Part shown: positions 1 through 9,884 of the stretch, in pieces | How the letters are laid out: the number at the start of each line of letters is the position of its first letter | Numbering within the stretch: the stretch's first letter is position 1 | From: a virus | Taxonomy: Duplodnaviria; Caudoviricetes | Reading direction: 5' to 3' (one strand) | IMG/VR virus record: IMGVR_UViG_3300032167_003270 | Location: 64,001 to 128,000 of that record | DNA length: 64,000 nucleotides | The notes under the pieces: model-generated | Told to the model about the DNA's origin: nothing | The model's input: only the letters and a program-made list of their open reading frames with translations | The model's database searches: none | Translations under genes and position numbers: made by a program

Positions 1-196
1 CTTGGCTGCTGATTTTCTTTCTTATCAAGACCGTAGGATTTAACCATAGTCTGTTTGACTTGATTTTTTCTGCTTTCGCTGCATTCGCACTTATACCATT
101 TAAGGTATTATGCTGTAGCCCAAGTCAACCCTCGGAATCCCAGCAATTAGATAGGTTATTTTTCATACACATTACTGTATACGGATGCAAGAATTT
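1..196 (-). ncRNA. Group I intron (5' part; runs off the window) interrupting the FtsK C-half gene
   Basis: On the minus strand, exon ...GATGT|AAATTCTTGCATC forms P1 (GATGT/GCATC) with the U.G pair at the splice site. A P-like AATTGCTGGGA (138-148) and Q-like AATCAGCAGCCAAG (1-14) can form P4. The ORF's apparent TAA stop straddles the splice site. Confidence 0.8.
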
Positions 197-1091
197 ACAT
201 CAACTGCGATGCTCCATCATCGAAGCCACCTAAAAGAACCGACATCTGAATATTGTTCTTCAAATCTGTAGAAATCGTACTACCAGATGCTCTCTGACAA
301 GCCAATGCTAAATGTACACCCGCTGCACGACCTAATCTAGCAATAGAACCTAAAGCACCCTTAACTATATCTACTGATTTATAATCATCAGATGTCATTA
401 ACTCATTTAACTCGTCAGCAAGAAATAATAATGCTTTAGGAGTATAAATACCTTTTGTCTTTCTAATACTATTTTTATCAATATATGAATTAAAACCCTT
501 TACTTCTGGTAATTGTGGGTTTCTACCATCCCATTTACCCTCTTGCATACCATCATATATCTCTTGTATAGTTAAAATCATAGGTTGTCTACCGTCTTGA
601 TAAATGAGTTTTAATTTTGCATAATTTCTACTATCAGATTCGTCCAAATCTACGGTTAATTCATACATTTCATCGAATTGAACCTTTTTTCCAAATACTT
701 CAAAATAATTTACTTCTTTATCTTTGATTTTATACACATTATTTACTTGCATTTGTTCCATAAATTTGAATCTATCCATCATAATTTTCTGAAAGTTCGC
801 AACAGTTGCAGCTGCTGTAGGTACGTCAAGTGCAACACCTTTTACACCCATTACGCCCCGAAGTAGGTTAAATTCAACTCTTTTACAGTCTACGCCTACA
901 AGTTGGAATCTATCAGAATATCTTGAAATGTGACCAACTATGGATTGCTCTGTTACACTCTTACCAGAGTTATGAAAAATAGTACCATCTGGCATAATGT
1001 GCAATGGGTCATTTTCAAGAGAAAATCCAAAATAATTGTCAGATTTATTCAATGGTTTAATTGAAAAATCGACTTGTTTTACTACACTCAT
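197..1091 (-). CDS. Split-intein C-fragment (41 aa) fused to the C-half of an FtsK/SpoIIIE-type ATPase; exon 1
   Basis: N-terminus DNYFGFSLENDPLHIMPDGTIFHN|SGKS gives intein blocks F/G followed by the end of a Walker A. VDCKRVEF, Walker B LLFLADE and IARLGRAAGVHLALACQR are FtsK-family signatures. Confidence 0.88.
969..1091 (-). other. IntC fragment, system 1
   Basis: Ends His-Asn followed by Ser; YFGFSL...L.I.PDGTIFHN resembles blocks F/G of VMA-type inteins. Confidence 0.9.
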
Positions 1092-1154
1092 ATATAATTT
1101 TCCTCCTTAATTTATTTTGCATAAAAGTAATATTTACATATATAACTATATATG

Positions 1155-1167
1155 TATAATTAAATAG
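1155..1167 (-). promoter_or_regulatory. CTATTTAATTATA motif (candidate element-specific promoter)
   Basis: Exact copy of a 13-mer recurring about 18 times upstream of genes, in gene orientation. Confidence 0.65.
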
Positions 1168-1180
1168 TCCTTAAAAAGAA

Positions 1181-1209
1181 AAGAGAAATATTATAAAAAT
1201 ATTTCCCTT
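1181..1209 (-). terminator. Intrinsic terminator hairpin
   Basis: AAGAGAAATATT/AATATTTCCCTT stem with a T-tract on the minus strand, after ORF 1218-2144. Confidence 0.55.
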
Positions 1210-1217
1210 TATTTGTA

Positions 1218-2144
1218 TTATCTATATTTATCAATAGTTTGTTTGGTCATTTCATAATTATCAGAAATCAAAAAATCAGTTTCTTCTACTTCTAAAGTAA
1301 CCATACAATTATAATCATACTTATTATACAACTCAACAAATTCTTTCATTGAATTTTCATTATGTTGTCCAATGCCGATTCCGTGTTTACCTTTACCATA
1401 ACCACTACCTGTAAAATCTGCTAAATGAATAAGTTTAATTACATCTTTATTAGCCTTAAAATATTCTTCTAAATCATAATTATCTGGTTCTACATCTCCT
1501 ACTGCTTGATAAATAATATCCATATATTTTTTAGTAATTTTAGCGTGACAAATATCTAAAACTGTACCAATTCTATCAGTATTTAATTCTTTTCTTAATG
1601 TATTTGCCATATCTACATTATCAAATTTAAAATTATTACATAATTGAATTGGTTTAGTTGAAATACCTCTTAATGGAGTTACATTTTCAATACCAATTTC
1701 AGTATTAGGATATTTTAATAATAAATAACCTAAAAATTTAATAACTCTACCCCAAATATCGCCTAATGCTTTCATAAGTCTTACAGTAGTTTCGGAATGA
1801 ATTACAATAAGCGTTTTTCTATTATGTAATTTACCAAAATAATCAGCAACTTTAAATACTTGTTCTAAAAACATCATATCTTCATCAACAAAATCTTCTA
1901 AAGTAACATCACTTAATCCATAAAAACATAAAATTGGTGCGTGAACAACTTTTATATCATAGTCATTAAATTGTTTTAAATCATATACATCTTCTGCTTG
2001 AAAATACTTACCAACTTGTCCATTTACTAATTCGGCTAATAATTGTATTTCAATACCGTCACAGCCAATTTCTATTTTTCTGTCCAACTGTTCTTTATTT
2101 AAAGCAGCCTTTGCTAAAACTATAATATCATTATTAAATTTCAT
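1218..2144 (-). CDS. Xylose-isomerase-like / AP endonuclease 2 TIM-barrel protein
   Basis: GIEIQL, IGIEN, VLDICH, IHLAD and LEV metal-binding motifs in the expected order. Confidence 0.7.
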   Translation of the reverse strand: MKFNNDIIVLAKAALNKEQLDRKIEIGCDGIEIQLLAELVNGQVGKYFQAEDVYDLKQFNDYDIKVVHAPILCFYGLSDVTLEDFVDEDMMFLEQVFKVADYFGKLHNRKTLIVIHSETTVRLMKALGDIWGRVIKFLGYLLLKYPNTEIGIENVTPLRGISTKPIQLCNNFKFDNVDMANTLRKELNTDRIGTVLDICHAKITKKYMDIIYQAVGDVEPDNYDLEEYFKANKDVIKLIHLADFTGSGYGKGKHGIGIGQHNENSMKEFVELYNKYDYNCMVTLEVEETDFLISDNYEMTKQTIDKYR

Positions 2145-2223
2145 AGTAATTCTCCTTTATATTTAATATATAATTAAATAGACTTACCTTAAAATAATAA
2201 GATAAGTCTTTACTTAACTAATA

Positions 2224-2820
2224 TTACCATATTTTGCGTAATTCATCTTCTGATAATTCTTCTGTATAAAGGTCAGTAATATTTAACCCAATTATATCCC
2301 CATTATCATCAAATATTGTTTCCCATTCTTCAATTCCAATATATTTATCTTGTTTATCATCATACTCACAAACAGTTTCAATAAATTTATAAAAATAATC
2401 TTTTATATATTGTTTAAGAACTTTAAGTGTGTCAACTATACATTCTGGTTTTAATTCTTCGTCAGATTCAAATGGTACTGATGTTGTTATATCTGAAAAA
2501 TAAAGAAAATCTTCCCATTCCTCAACTTCTCCATAATAATATATTCTTGAAATCATAGGAAAATATGCTGTATAATGAAATACTAATTCATTATCAATAA
2601 ATTCATATGTGTCTATAAAATCTTTTTCTTTTTCATTATCACAAATAACATTATTTAATGACTCATTTAATATTATTCTCATAATATCAATTTTGCATAA
2701 ATATTCTATTATTCTTAATATTTTATCATCACAATCAAATTTAATATGTGCAGGTAAGTTAATTGATAAATATGTAATTTCTTCACAGTCATTTTTAGAA
2801 TCATTTATTCTTATTTCCAT
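2224..2820 (-). CDS. Acidic hypothetical protein
   Basis: 198-aa ORF with an AGGAG RBS. Confidence 0.6.
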   Translation of the reverse strand: MEIRINDSKNDCEEITYLSINLPAHIKFDCDDKILRIIEYLCKIDIMRIILNESLNNVICDNEKEKDFIDTYEFIDNELVFHYTAYFPMISRIYYYGEVEEWEDFLYFSDITTSVPFESDEELKPECIVDTLKVLKQYIKDYFYKFIETVCEYDDKQDKYIGIEEWETIFDDNGDIIGLNITDLYTEELSEDELRKIW

Positions 2821-2887
2821 ATTTATTTTTCTCCTTTATAGTAAAAGACTTATATTATAAAAATATAAGTCTTTCATTATTTAATAA

Positions 2888-3130
2888 TTATACCTCAACT
2901 AATAATAAAACAGTTCCGTCATCACAAATTTTTTGACTAACAACTTTATATTCATAAATTTCTGAATAATGAGTTGGTAAAATGTGATAAAATTCTCCAA
3001 TATTAAAATCACTTAATGAAGAGAATTTCTGTTGTAATTCAAGTTGTTCTGAACACGCTACATTACAACTCCAAGAAAATAATAATTTTGTTTCAATGTC
3101 TGACATTGCTAAATAAGTTTTTACTGTCAT
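2888..3130 (-). CDS. Hypothetical protein (start revised to MTVKTY)
   Basis: AAAGGAGG RBS before ATG at 3130; this start removes the overlap with the upstream gene. Confidence 0.55.
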   Translation of the reverse strand: MTVKTYLAMSDIETKLLFSWSCNVACSEQLELQQKFSSLSDFNIGEFYHILPTHYSEIYEYKVVSQKICDDGTVLLLVEV

Positions 3131-3146
3131 ATTATGTAAACCTCCT

Positions 3147-3770
3147 TTAATATTCAGATAAATTAATTCCTCTTTCTTCAATTCTATTTTTAAACTGTTC
3201 TTCATATTCAGATTTATATTCAAAGTTATCGTATTTATAAAAATTAACCAATATATCATTTGGGCACTTTTTATTAAGTGCTGCTTTACATCTAACAAAG
3301 CCATTTTCGTCCTTTGAAAATTCTAAAAGCATATCCAATGTGATATTACTATTCCACGCAACAGTTTCTCTTACATAACTATCATATTTATAGTTTGCCA
3401 ATCTTTCTAATAATTCAAGTGGACAATTTGGATTGTCTGCTATTTCTACATAAACTTCACTTTCTATATCTTTATTTAAATAATTACTTTTATATAAAGC
3501 ATATAATAATTCCGAGTTATCAGTAGTTTTTGCTATATTTAAAATGTTGTATTTGATATTAGACGTACAATTTTTATTTAATAAAATATAACTATACATA
3601 ACATAACAATCTGAATATTTTTCTAATAATATCTTAAATATTTCCTCTGTACAATTTGGATTTTGTACTACTGTTACTAAAAGTGCTAAATTAATATTTG
3701 AATTTAATAATAGTTTTAAATCTTCCACATTTGTTGAATTTGCTAATTTTAAAAGTTCACTATAATTCAT
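3147..3770 (-). CDS. Leucine-rich variant (LRV)/HEAT-like repeat protein
   Basis: Repeated A.NPNCP..lL..La..d..VR..vA.N units. Confidence 0.7.
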   Translation of the reverse strand: MNYSELLKLANSTNVEDLKLLLNSNINLALLVTVVQNPNCTEEIFKILLEKYSDCYVMYSYILLNKNCTSNIKYNILNIAKTTDNSELLYALYKSNYLNKDIESEVYVEIADNPNCPLELLERLANYKYDSYVRETVAWNSNITLDMLLEFSKDENGFVRCKAALNKKCPNDILVNFYKYDNFEYKSEYEEQFKNRIEERGINLSEY

Positions 3771-3879
3771 ATATCAACATCTCCCTTATATTTCAAATTT
3801 TGTGTGTAAAAGAAAAAGACCTATACCAACAAGTATAAGTCATTTTTCACGTCCGTTCTTATAATTAAATAGTGCTTCA

Positions 3880-4278
3880 TTATGCTGATTGCACATTAGA
3901 TACAGTTTCTTTTTGTTTCTTTCTGTTATTTTTAATATCATTTGATGTATAAAACACGAATTTATTCTTATTAAGGTTTAATTTACCTACCTTACTAATA
4001 TATTCTCCATTATTATTCTTAATATCAAGCAAAATGTTAGCCTCATAAGAAAATGTGTCATCTTTATTCTCCTTAATATTTAACTTATCTGTAAATAACA
4101 TAGCCTTTGCAGCACCACAAAATAAAGGATTTGCCTTATCATTTTTAAGGTTAATTCTAAAATTACCTGATTTAAAAGCCCTTACATCTAAATCATTTGC
4201 TTTAATACCCAATTTTCTTGCAATAGAATTTTTTGCTACCTCAAAGTCTAAATTGTTGATGAAATCTGTTTTTGTCAT
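3880..4278 (-). CDS. Basic hypothetical protein
   Basis: 132-aa ORF with an AGGAG RBS. Confidence 0.6.
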   Translation of the reverse strand: MTKTDFINNLDFEVAKNSIARKLGIKANDLDVRAFKSGNFRINLKNDKANPLFCGAAKAMLFTDKLNIKENKDDTFSYEANILLDIKNNNGEYISKVGKLNLNKNKFVFYTSNDIKNNRKKQKETVSNVQSA

Positions 4279-4369
4279 TGTGATTATCTCCTTTTATAAT
4301 GTTTTATCTTTTATATTTACTATTATATTCATTATAAAGGAAATTTATACAAAATTTTAAAAATAAATT

Positions 4370-4382
4370 CTATTTAATTATA
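4370..4382 (+). promoter_or_regulatory. CTATTTAATTATA motif, plus orientation
   Basis: The only exact plus-strand copy noticed lies directly upstream of the only plus-strand operon. Confidence 0.7.
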
Positions 4383-4426
4383 ATGGAATATGAAAAATGA
4401 AATAAATTTATAAGGGGTGAGTATGA

Positions 4427-5968
4427 ATGAATGAAGCTGAATTTTTTCTGAATTATGATTCAAAGGATGCAAAAGATAGAGAATTAGTTGCATCACAACC
4501 AAATTGTCCATTAAGTATATTAGAAAAATTAGCAAGAGATAGAAATTCAGATGTATTAAAAGCAGTTGCTACTAATCCAAATTGTAGTGAGAATGTGTTA
4601 TTAACATTACTTATGCACACATTTCCAATAACAAAAAAAATGTTACATTTAGAGGAAATCATTGTAAAACACCCAAATTGTACACCAGAAGTTCTTAGTA
4701 GATTATTAAATAAAGATAATCTATATGTACAAATATTAGAACATAAAAATTGCACAGACCTAATACAAGAACAAATTATTGATTGTATATATAATAATCC
4801 TAAAAAAGCAATATCTAATAATAAAATGTTATATGAATTATTAAAAACTAAACAATTTTCAAGAGAATCGTTTGAAAAATTAGCAACAATCAGCCATAGA
4901 GATGTTTTACACGCAATGTCAGTAAATAAACATTTTCCAAAAGATTTGCTAACAACTCTTATTAAATATTCCACATTTTATTCTTGTAGTTTTATAGACG
5001 GATGCGATAACCATATTATAGAAATTGCACAAAATCCTGATACCCCAACAGAGGTACTAATGGAAATATTAAAAGAGTATCATAGTAGAAATTATGTAAG
5101 TATTACATTGGAGGTATTAAAAAATCCCAATCTTCCAATATTAGAATTATATAAATTTTATGATGCAAGATTATTTTATGAAGAATTAATTAGAAAATGT
5201 ATAGCTAAAAATCCTAGTTGTCCAATAGATTTATTAACAAAATTAGCACATAATGGCGATGAGGCAACTAGGATGGCTGTAGCAGAAAATTGTAATATCT
5301 CATTAGATTTATTTAAAATACTGTCAAAAGACAAAAATGCAAAAGTTAGAGCATCTATTATAAAAAATAAAAAATGTCCAAAAAAATTAATTATATATTT
5401 ATATAAAACAGATAAGTCTAATTTAGTTGTTAATGTCGCAAAACAAATAATGAATGAAAGAGATATTGTTGTTTCCGAATCTATTAATACAATCGCTAAT
5501 AGTATTCGGATTAATATAGATGATTTATGTAAAATTATTAATGAAACTAAAAATTTATATACGGAAATTGATTGTTTAGAGTTTTCTATATCAAGTCCTT
5601 GTGTTAATTGTAAACTATCAAATTGTATTGGCACAAGTAGTTGTAAAAGTCTTGAATTTTATGATAAATATTATAAAGAAACTGGAATAAAAAAAGAAAA
5701 TAAATTAAGTATTTATCCAAAGTCAAATGAAAATGATATTTTTGGTAGAGATAAAATTATTGAAATAATTCCTAATGTAATAGATATGAATACTGTATAT
5801 AAATATGTCTTTTGTATAGACGATTTTAGTAATACTTTAAGTTTTTCAACTATGGTTAAAACAAGTGAGCAATTAATATTAGCATTAAACCAAACTATTG
5901 AAATGATTAAAAATACATCAGCAAATATTTATATAGATGATATTCTATATATAATTGATAATATATAA
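4427..5968 (+). CDS. LRV-repeat protein with a C-terminal element-specific domain
   Basis: Many NPNC/NPSCP repeats; the C-terminal ~70 aa resemble ORF 8993-9319 and the end of ORF 33677-35275. Confidence 0.72.
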   Translation: MNEAEFFLNYDSKDAKDRELVASQPNCPLSILEKLARDRNSDVLKAVATNPNCSENVLLTLLMHTFPITKKMLHLEEIIVKHPNCTPEVLSRLLNKDNLYVQILEHKNCTDLIQEQIIDCIYNNPKKAISNNKMLYELLKTKQFSRESFEKLATISHRDVLHAMSVNKHFPKDLLTTLIKYSTFYSCSFIDGCDNHIIEIAQNPDTPTEVLMEILKEYHSRNYVSITLEVLKNPNLPILELYKFYDARLFYEELIRKCIAKNPSCPIDLLTKLAHNGDEATRMAVAENCNISLDLFKILSKDKNAKVRASIIKNKKCPKKLIIYLYKTDKSNLVVNVAKQIMNERDIVVSESINTIANSIRINIDDLCKIINETKNLYTEIDCLEFSISSPCVNCKLSNCIGTSSCKSLEFYDKYYKETGIKKENKLSIYPKSNENDIFGRDKIIEIIPNVIDMNTVYKYVFCIDDFSNTLSFSTMVKTSEQLILALNQTIEMIKNTSANIYIDDILYIIDNI

Positions 5969-5980
5969 GGGGGTTTACTT

Positions 5981-6355
5981 ATGACACAGAAAGAAATAGG
6001 TGCTATTTTGTATATGTATTATATGCAAAATTATTGTGAGGATGAATTTAATTTTGATAATGGAGAAGAGTTTAATAAAATCAAGGCTTATTATAATAAA
6101 ATGAAAACCAAATATTCAGAAGAAGAACTTGAAAAAGTAGAAGAAAAAATAACAATTTGTGAAAAATCAGGTACAGATTATGATAGTTTTGAATTTGTAT
6201 ATGAAGAAATGTCTGATTTAATGTTACAAGTAACATCGTTGATTGATTATGACGGAAATAAAGTTAGTGGTTATACAGGAGATTATCAATGGGCAGATGT
6301 AGGAATGTTTTTCATTGATTATACTAATGTTTTATTTGACGATTTAAAAGATTAA
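5981..6355 (+). CDS. Acidic hypothetical protein
   Basis: ORF with a GGGG RBS, followed by a hairpin. Confidence 0.6.
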   Translation: MTQKEIGAILYMYYMQNYCEDEFNFDNGEEFNKIKAYYNKMKTKYSEEELEKVEEKITICEKSGTDYDSFEFVYEEMSDLMLQVTSLIDYDGNKVSGYTGDYQWADVGMFFIDYTNVLFDDLKD

Positions 6356-6363
6356 ATAAAAAT

Positions 6364-6392
6364 AAGAGAACATATATAAAATATGTTCTCTT
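6364..6392. terminator. Bidirectional terminator between convergent genes
   Basis: Perfect 12-bp stem AAGAGAACATAT/ATATGTTCTCTT flanked by A/T tracts. Confidence 0.7.
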
Positions 6393-6398
6393 TTTACT

Positions 6399-6680
6399 TT
6401 AAAATGATAGTCCTAATTTCTCTTGTAATGATATTATTGCTGTATGCAATAGATTTCTTTCTTCATTACTTACAAATTGTCCATACCTATCTATGAAAAA
6501 TCCAAAAGTATTTACAATATGATTATCCAATAAATCTGTAATCATCTTATCATTATTAATATTATCACAAACAAATTTTGCTACTTCGTCAACACCATAT
6601 AAATCAACAGCCCCATTATGATAACCATTTCCATCATACAAATATCCTAAATAATGTTTATTATTAAAATCTTCTTTCAC
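6399..6680 (-). CDS. Hypothetical protein
   Basis: GTG start with an AGGAG RBS. Confidence 0.55.
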   Translation of the reverse strand: MKEDFNNKHYLGYLYDGNGYHNGAVDLYGVDEVAKFVCDNINNDKMITDLLDNHIVNTFGFFIDRYGQFVSNEERNLLHTAIISLQEKLGLSF

Positions 6681-6699
6681 AATAATATCTCCTTTTTAA

Positions 6700-7119
6700 T
6701 TAGTCCATACCACACTTACTTCTCCATTCATCTCTTCCAGATAATGAATTATCAGGTTTGTGTTTTACACAAATATAAATATCTGCGTCATTTTTATATT
6801 TATTATATTCAAATACACTTATAGCGTTTAAATTAGCCCTACAAAGTTCTTCATCATTTGATAAATCTGTAATTACAAACCAATTATTAAAACCCCTATA
6901 AGTAATATAATAATAATTTTTAGGTAATACTCTACTAATTTCTGTTAATAATTGTTTATATAGATATAATTCTTCATCATTAAGTTTATATTCTGTCTTT
7001 GATAAATTTTCTTCTAAATTTGTTAGTATATCAGTTACATCCATATCAAATTTATTAGATTTTAGCACTTCAATAACTTTTTCTTTTATTATTTTGTTAT
7101 TAAATTTTAAAATTATCAT
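6700..7119 (-). CDS. Hypothetical protein
   Basis: ORF with a GGAGG RBS. Confidence 0.55.
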   Translation of the reverse strand: MIILKFNNKIIKEKVIEVLKSNKFDMDVTDILTNLEENLSKTEYKLNDEELYLYKQLLTEISRVLPKNYYYITYRGFNNWFVITDLSNDEELCRANLNAISVFEYNKYKNDADIYICVKHKPDNSLSGRDEWRSKCGMD

Positions 7120-7134
7120 AATAAACCCCTCCTT

Positions 7135-7665
7135 TTAAAGAAAATTAAATCCATCATTTTCATTATCAATATCTTCATTACTTATTCTAAAAGGCTCATT
7201 AACAGTTTTATCTTCTATTTCCCCTACAAAAACATCTTCATCATAGTCTTCATCTTCATAAGAAGATTTAGGCTCATTTGCTAAAGATAATTTTGATTTA
7301 GTTGGTTCTGGTTCGGTAAAAGTATAACTAGGTTCATTGTAACTAGGCTCATTTGAAATAGGTTCAGTAGTTACTGAAACACTCATACTTTCTTTTAATT
7401 CTTCTAATTCTCTTTTTAATGATTTAATTTCATCTGTAAGAGCATCGTTTTCTTTCTCTAGTTCTAAACATTCCTTTGTTTTGTCGCCAATTTCTTGACA
7501 TACACCTGAATATTTTTCAGATAATTCAGCAAGTACATTATCTAATCTATTGTATTCTTGTTGAATAAGGTTTAATTTTTGTTCTACTGCGTCTTTTTTA
7601 TATCCTTTTGCAAAACCTTTTGCAGTTGGAATAGAAGATGCAGTAAATAAATTTAGGTCTAACAT
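7135..7665 (-). CDS. DivIVA-domain coiled-coil protein
   Basis: N-terminal FAKGYKKDAVEQKL resembles the DivIVA/GpsB GY...EVD motif; it is followed by a coiled coil and an acidic tail. Confidence 0.55.
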   Translation of the reverse strand: MLDLNLFTASSIPTAKGFAKGYKKDAVEQKLNLIQQEYNRLDNVLAELSEKYSGVCQEIGDKTKECLELEKENDALTDEIKSLKRELEELKESMSVSVTTEPISNEPSYNEPSYTFTEPEPTKSKLSLANEPKSSYEDEDYDEDVFVGEIEDKTVNEPFRISNEDIDNENDGFNFL

Positions 7666-7694
7666 ATTTCTTTCTTCTCTCCTTTATACATAAT

Positions 7695-7732
7695 AAAAGA
7701 CGAATTACTATATTTCAAGCAATTCGTCTTTT
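7695..7732 (-). terminator. Intrinsic terminator
   Basis: AAAAGACGAATT/AATTCGTCTTTT inverted repeat. Confidence 0.6.
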
Positions 7733-7739
7733 TTATAAC

Positions 7740-8918
7740 TTATTTATAGGTAATATATAAGTATTTAAGTTTTCCCTTCATAAACTGAAATTCGTAACCA
7801 GAATCGCCAATATACTGTTCTGAATCTACCTTATATTCATAAGTATTATTTGAATAATCTGCTCCCTCTGGTACAAATTCTCTAAATTCAGTAGGTTCAC
7901 CTGAATTTGCTACTAAATCTTCTTCTGTTACATCAAGAGGAAAAGCAAACTGTACTCTATCTGTACCCTCTTTTTCAGTATCAACAGGAAGATATACTTG
8001 ACAAATAGGAAGTTCAGAAAGTTTATGATTTTCGTCTGTGAAATTTCCTACTGAAATCTGTAATGTATTATACTTTCCTAATTCAACTTTCATAGCAGAT
8101 GATTCATAATTAGGTTGTACATTATTTCCTGCGTCTGCCTCATTTGAAAATACAACACCATTATCAATCATATCTTGAATAGTAGATACACCTAAAGTAT
8201 AAATATGTCCGTCAAGAATAAAACTTCTATTATCTAAATCAGCATAAATATCACTTAAACCATCTACTGCGTCTGTATTAGTAGTAGTTTCAGTATCTTC
8301 TTTTGACATATCTTCTGTAGTTGTTTCTTCTGTTATTTCTTCTGTTGTATCAATTAATTCAGCACCTAAATTTTCAACACAGAATAAATACCAAGAATCT
8401 TCATAATATACAGTATACATATTATATCTATCAACAGCGTCATAATCTACACCATCAATATTCTGTGTAATGTAGATATTTACACTATATGTAGCAGTAT
8501 TGAAATCTTCACTATAATTGTATTCTGCTGCTTTTTCAGATGCGTCAGATTCAAAATTCATTTCAGTTTTATCTAAATGATATACTGTTGAATCCTTTAA
8601 TGCCTTTGCATTTTCATAATTTGTTGTAACTGCTTCGTCTGAATTAGTAATATCAGCAAAACAAGATTCAAATAAATCTCTATCTACATCAGCATAAGCC
8701 TGCCAAAATGCGTCAATTACATCTTCTGGACTTGAATATGTAATCTTTTCAACATCTTCTTCTACTCCTTCATCACTCACAGTTACTTCGTGTTCAAAAG
8801 GGTCTTTGTCATTCTTTCCTTGACCTGACTGATTATCGTCTTTTCCAAAACTACAACCAACCAAAGTTAAAGAAAGAATAGTTGTCATTGTAATAATTGC
8901 TAACAATTTCTTTTTCAT
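7740..8918 (-). CDS. Lipoprotein, acidic
   Basis: MKKK + hydrophobic stretch + LVGC lipobox. Confidence 0.7.
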   Translation of the reverse strand: MKKKLLAIITMTTILSLTLVGCSFGKDDNQSGQGKNDKDPFEHEVTVSDEGVEEDVEKITYSSPEDVIDAFWQAYADVDRDLFESCFADITNSDEAVTTNYENAKALKDSTVYHLDKTEMNFESDASEKAAEYNYSEDFNTATYSVNIYITQNIDGVDYDAVDRYNMYTVYYEDSWYLFCVENLGAELIDTTEEITEETTTEDMSKEDTETTTNTDAVDGLSDIYADLDNRSFILDGHIYTLGVSTIQDMIDNGVVFSNEADAGNNVQPNYESSAMKVELGKYNTLQISVGNFTDENHKLSELPICQVYLPVDTEKEGTDRVQFAFPLDVTEEDLVANSGEPTEFREFVPEGADYSNNTYEYKVDSEQYIGDSGYEFQFMKGKLKYLYITYK

Positions 8919-8992
8919 TTTTAGTTTCCTTTCATTATTTGGTTTATTATTTTAACTCAAATTTGAGTCAAGTTATATAATTAAATAGTGCT

Positions 8993-9319
8993 TTATAGAA
9001 TTGATACTAATAAATTTAAGTCCTTTGATATAATATTAAAATCAGTACCGTCTATTATAATAATTGTCTTTTTAATTGATTTCTTTAATTCATCAATATT
9101 ATGTACTTTTGCTTTATACATTAAATCTTCATTTTCAATAATTGCTGTGATTTTATATCCCCAACAATCATCAAATTTTCTAATTCTTATGATTTCCGTT
9201 TCTTTTTCTTCATTTGAAGTTAAATCTGTTAAACTATAAATAATTAAATCTGTTTCTTCTTTTATACGAAGTTTCTCTGCCTTGCTATTAAATTCTTTAA
9301 TTTTTTCTGATACTATCAT
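8993..9319 (-). CDS. Small protein; stand-alone copy of an element-specific domain
   Basis: DLMYKAKVHNIDELKKSIKKTIIIIDG matches DLEYTVKVKTKADLKKAIKRSIILIEG in ORF 33677-35275. Confidence 0.6.
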   Translation of the reverse strand: MIVSEKIKEFNSKAEKLRIKEETDLIIYSLTDLTSNEEKETEIIRIRKFDDCWGYKITAIIENEDLMYKAKVHNIDELKKSIKKTIIIIDGTDFNIISKDLNLLVSIL

Positions 9320-9347
9320 AAAATCTCCTTTTTAAAATATTATTAAC

Positions 9348-9376
9348 AATGACTACTATATAAAATAGTAGCCATT
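9348..9376 (-). terminator. Hairpin terminator after the Hint-middle gene
   Basis: AATGACTACTAT/ATAGTAGCCATT stem. Confidence 0.5.
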
Positions 9377-9381
9377 ATTTA

Positions 9382-9873
9382 TTATTCAGTTGTTTCTACT
9401 TCCATTACATACTTGGAATGAAATTCTTCATTTAAGTGCATATAAACATTAACAGGCATTTCTAAATGTTCTCCTGTTTCTCGGTCAACTAATGCTAAAA
9501 TATGCCCACCATTTACTGTATAAGATTTACCATTTACAGTAATTTCAAACATTTCATCTTCCCCTGTATGTAATTCTTTTACTTTACGAGATGCCCCATC
9601 TTTTCCCATAACTAAATCGCCAATTTGAATATCTTTGGCTAATTTAATTCGAGAACCAATAGGCATATCTAAATCATCGGTTTTTTCAATAGTGAATGTA
9701 CGATTTTCCTTTTTACCATCAATTAAATCTAATAAATAATATTTATGGTATTTATCTTTTGCCAAATATTCCTTAATAGAAATATTCTTTTTAAAGATAC
9801 CTTTATGTAATTTTAATTGATATTCTTCGTCAGCCACTATAAAACTATTGTCAGATAATAAAATTTTATACAT
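9382..9873 (-). CDS. Stand-alone intein (Hint) middle fragment, VMA-type
   Basis: IKLAKDIQIGDLVMGKDGASRKVKELHTGEDEMFEI...YTVNGGHILAL corresponds to intein blocks N2-B. It lacks block A (first Cys) and blocks F/G (HN). An AAGGAG RBS precedes ATG 9873. Confidence 0.85.
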   Translation of the reverse strand: MYKILLSDNSFIVADEEYQLKLHKGIFKKNISIKEYLAKDKYHKYYLLDLIDGKKENRTFTIEKTDDLDMPIGSRIKLAKDIQIGDLVMGKDGASRKVKELHTGEDEMFEITVNGKSYTVNGGHILALVDRETGEHLEMPVNVYMHLNEEFHSKYVMEVETTE

Positions 9874-9884
9874 AAACATTCTCC

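Noticed and set aside
440-730. Insertion between the FtsK motifs containing DEMYELTV, faintly intein-like
   Set aside because: No block A or terminal Asn/nucleophile pair; similarity is too weak.
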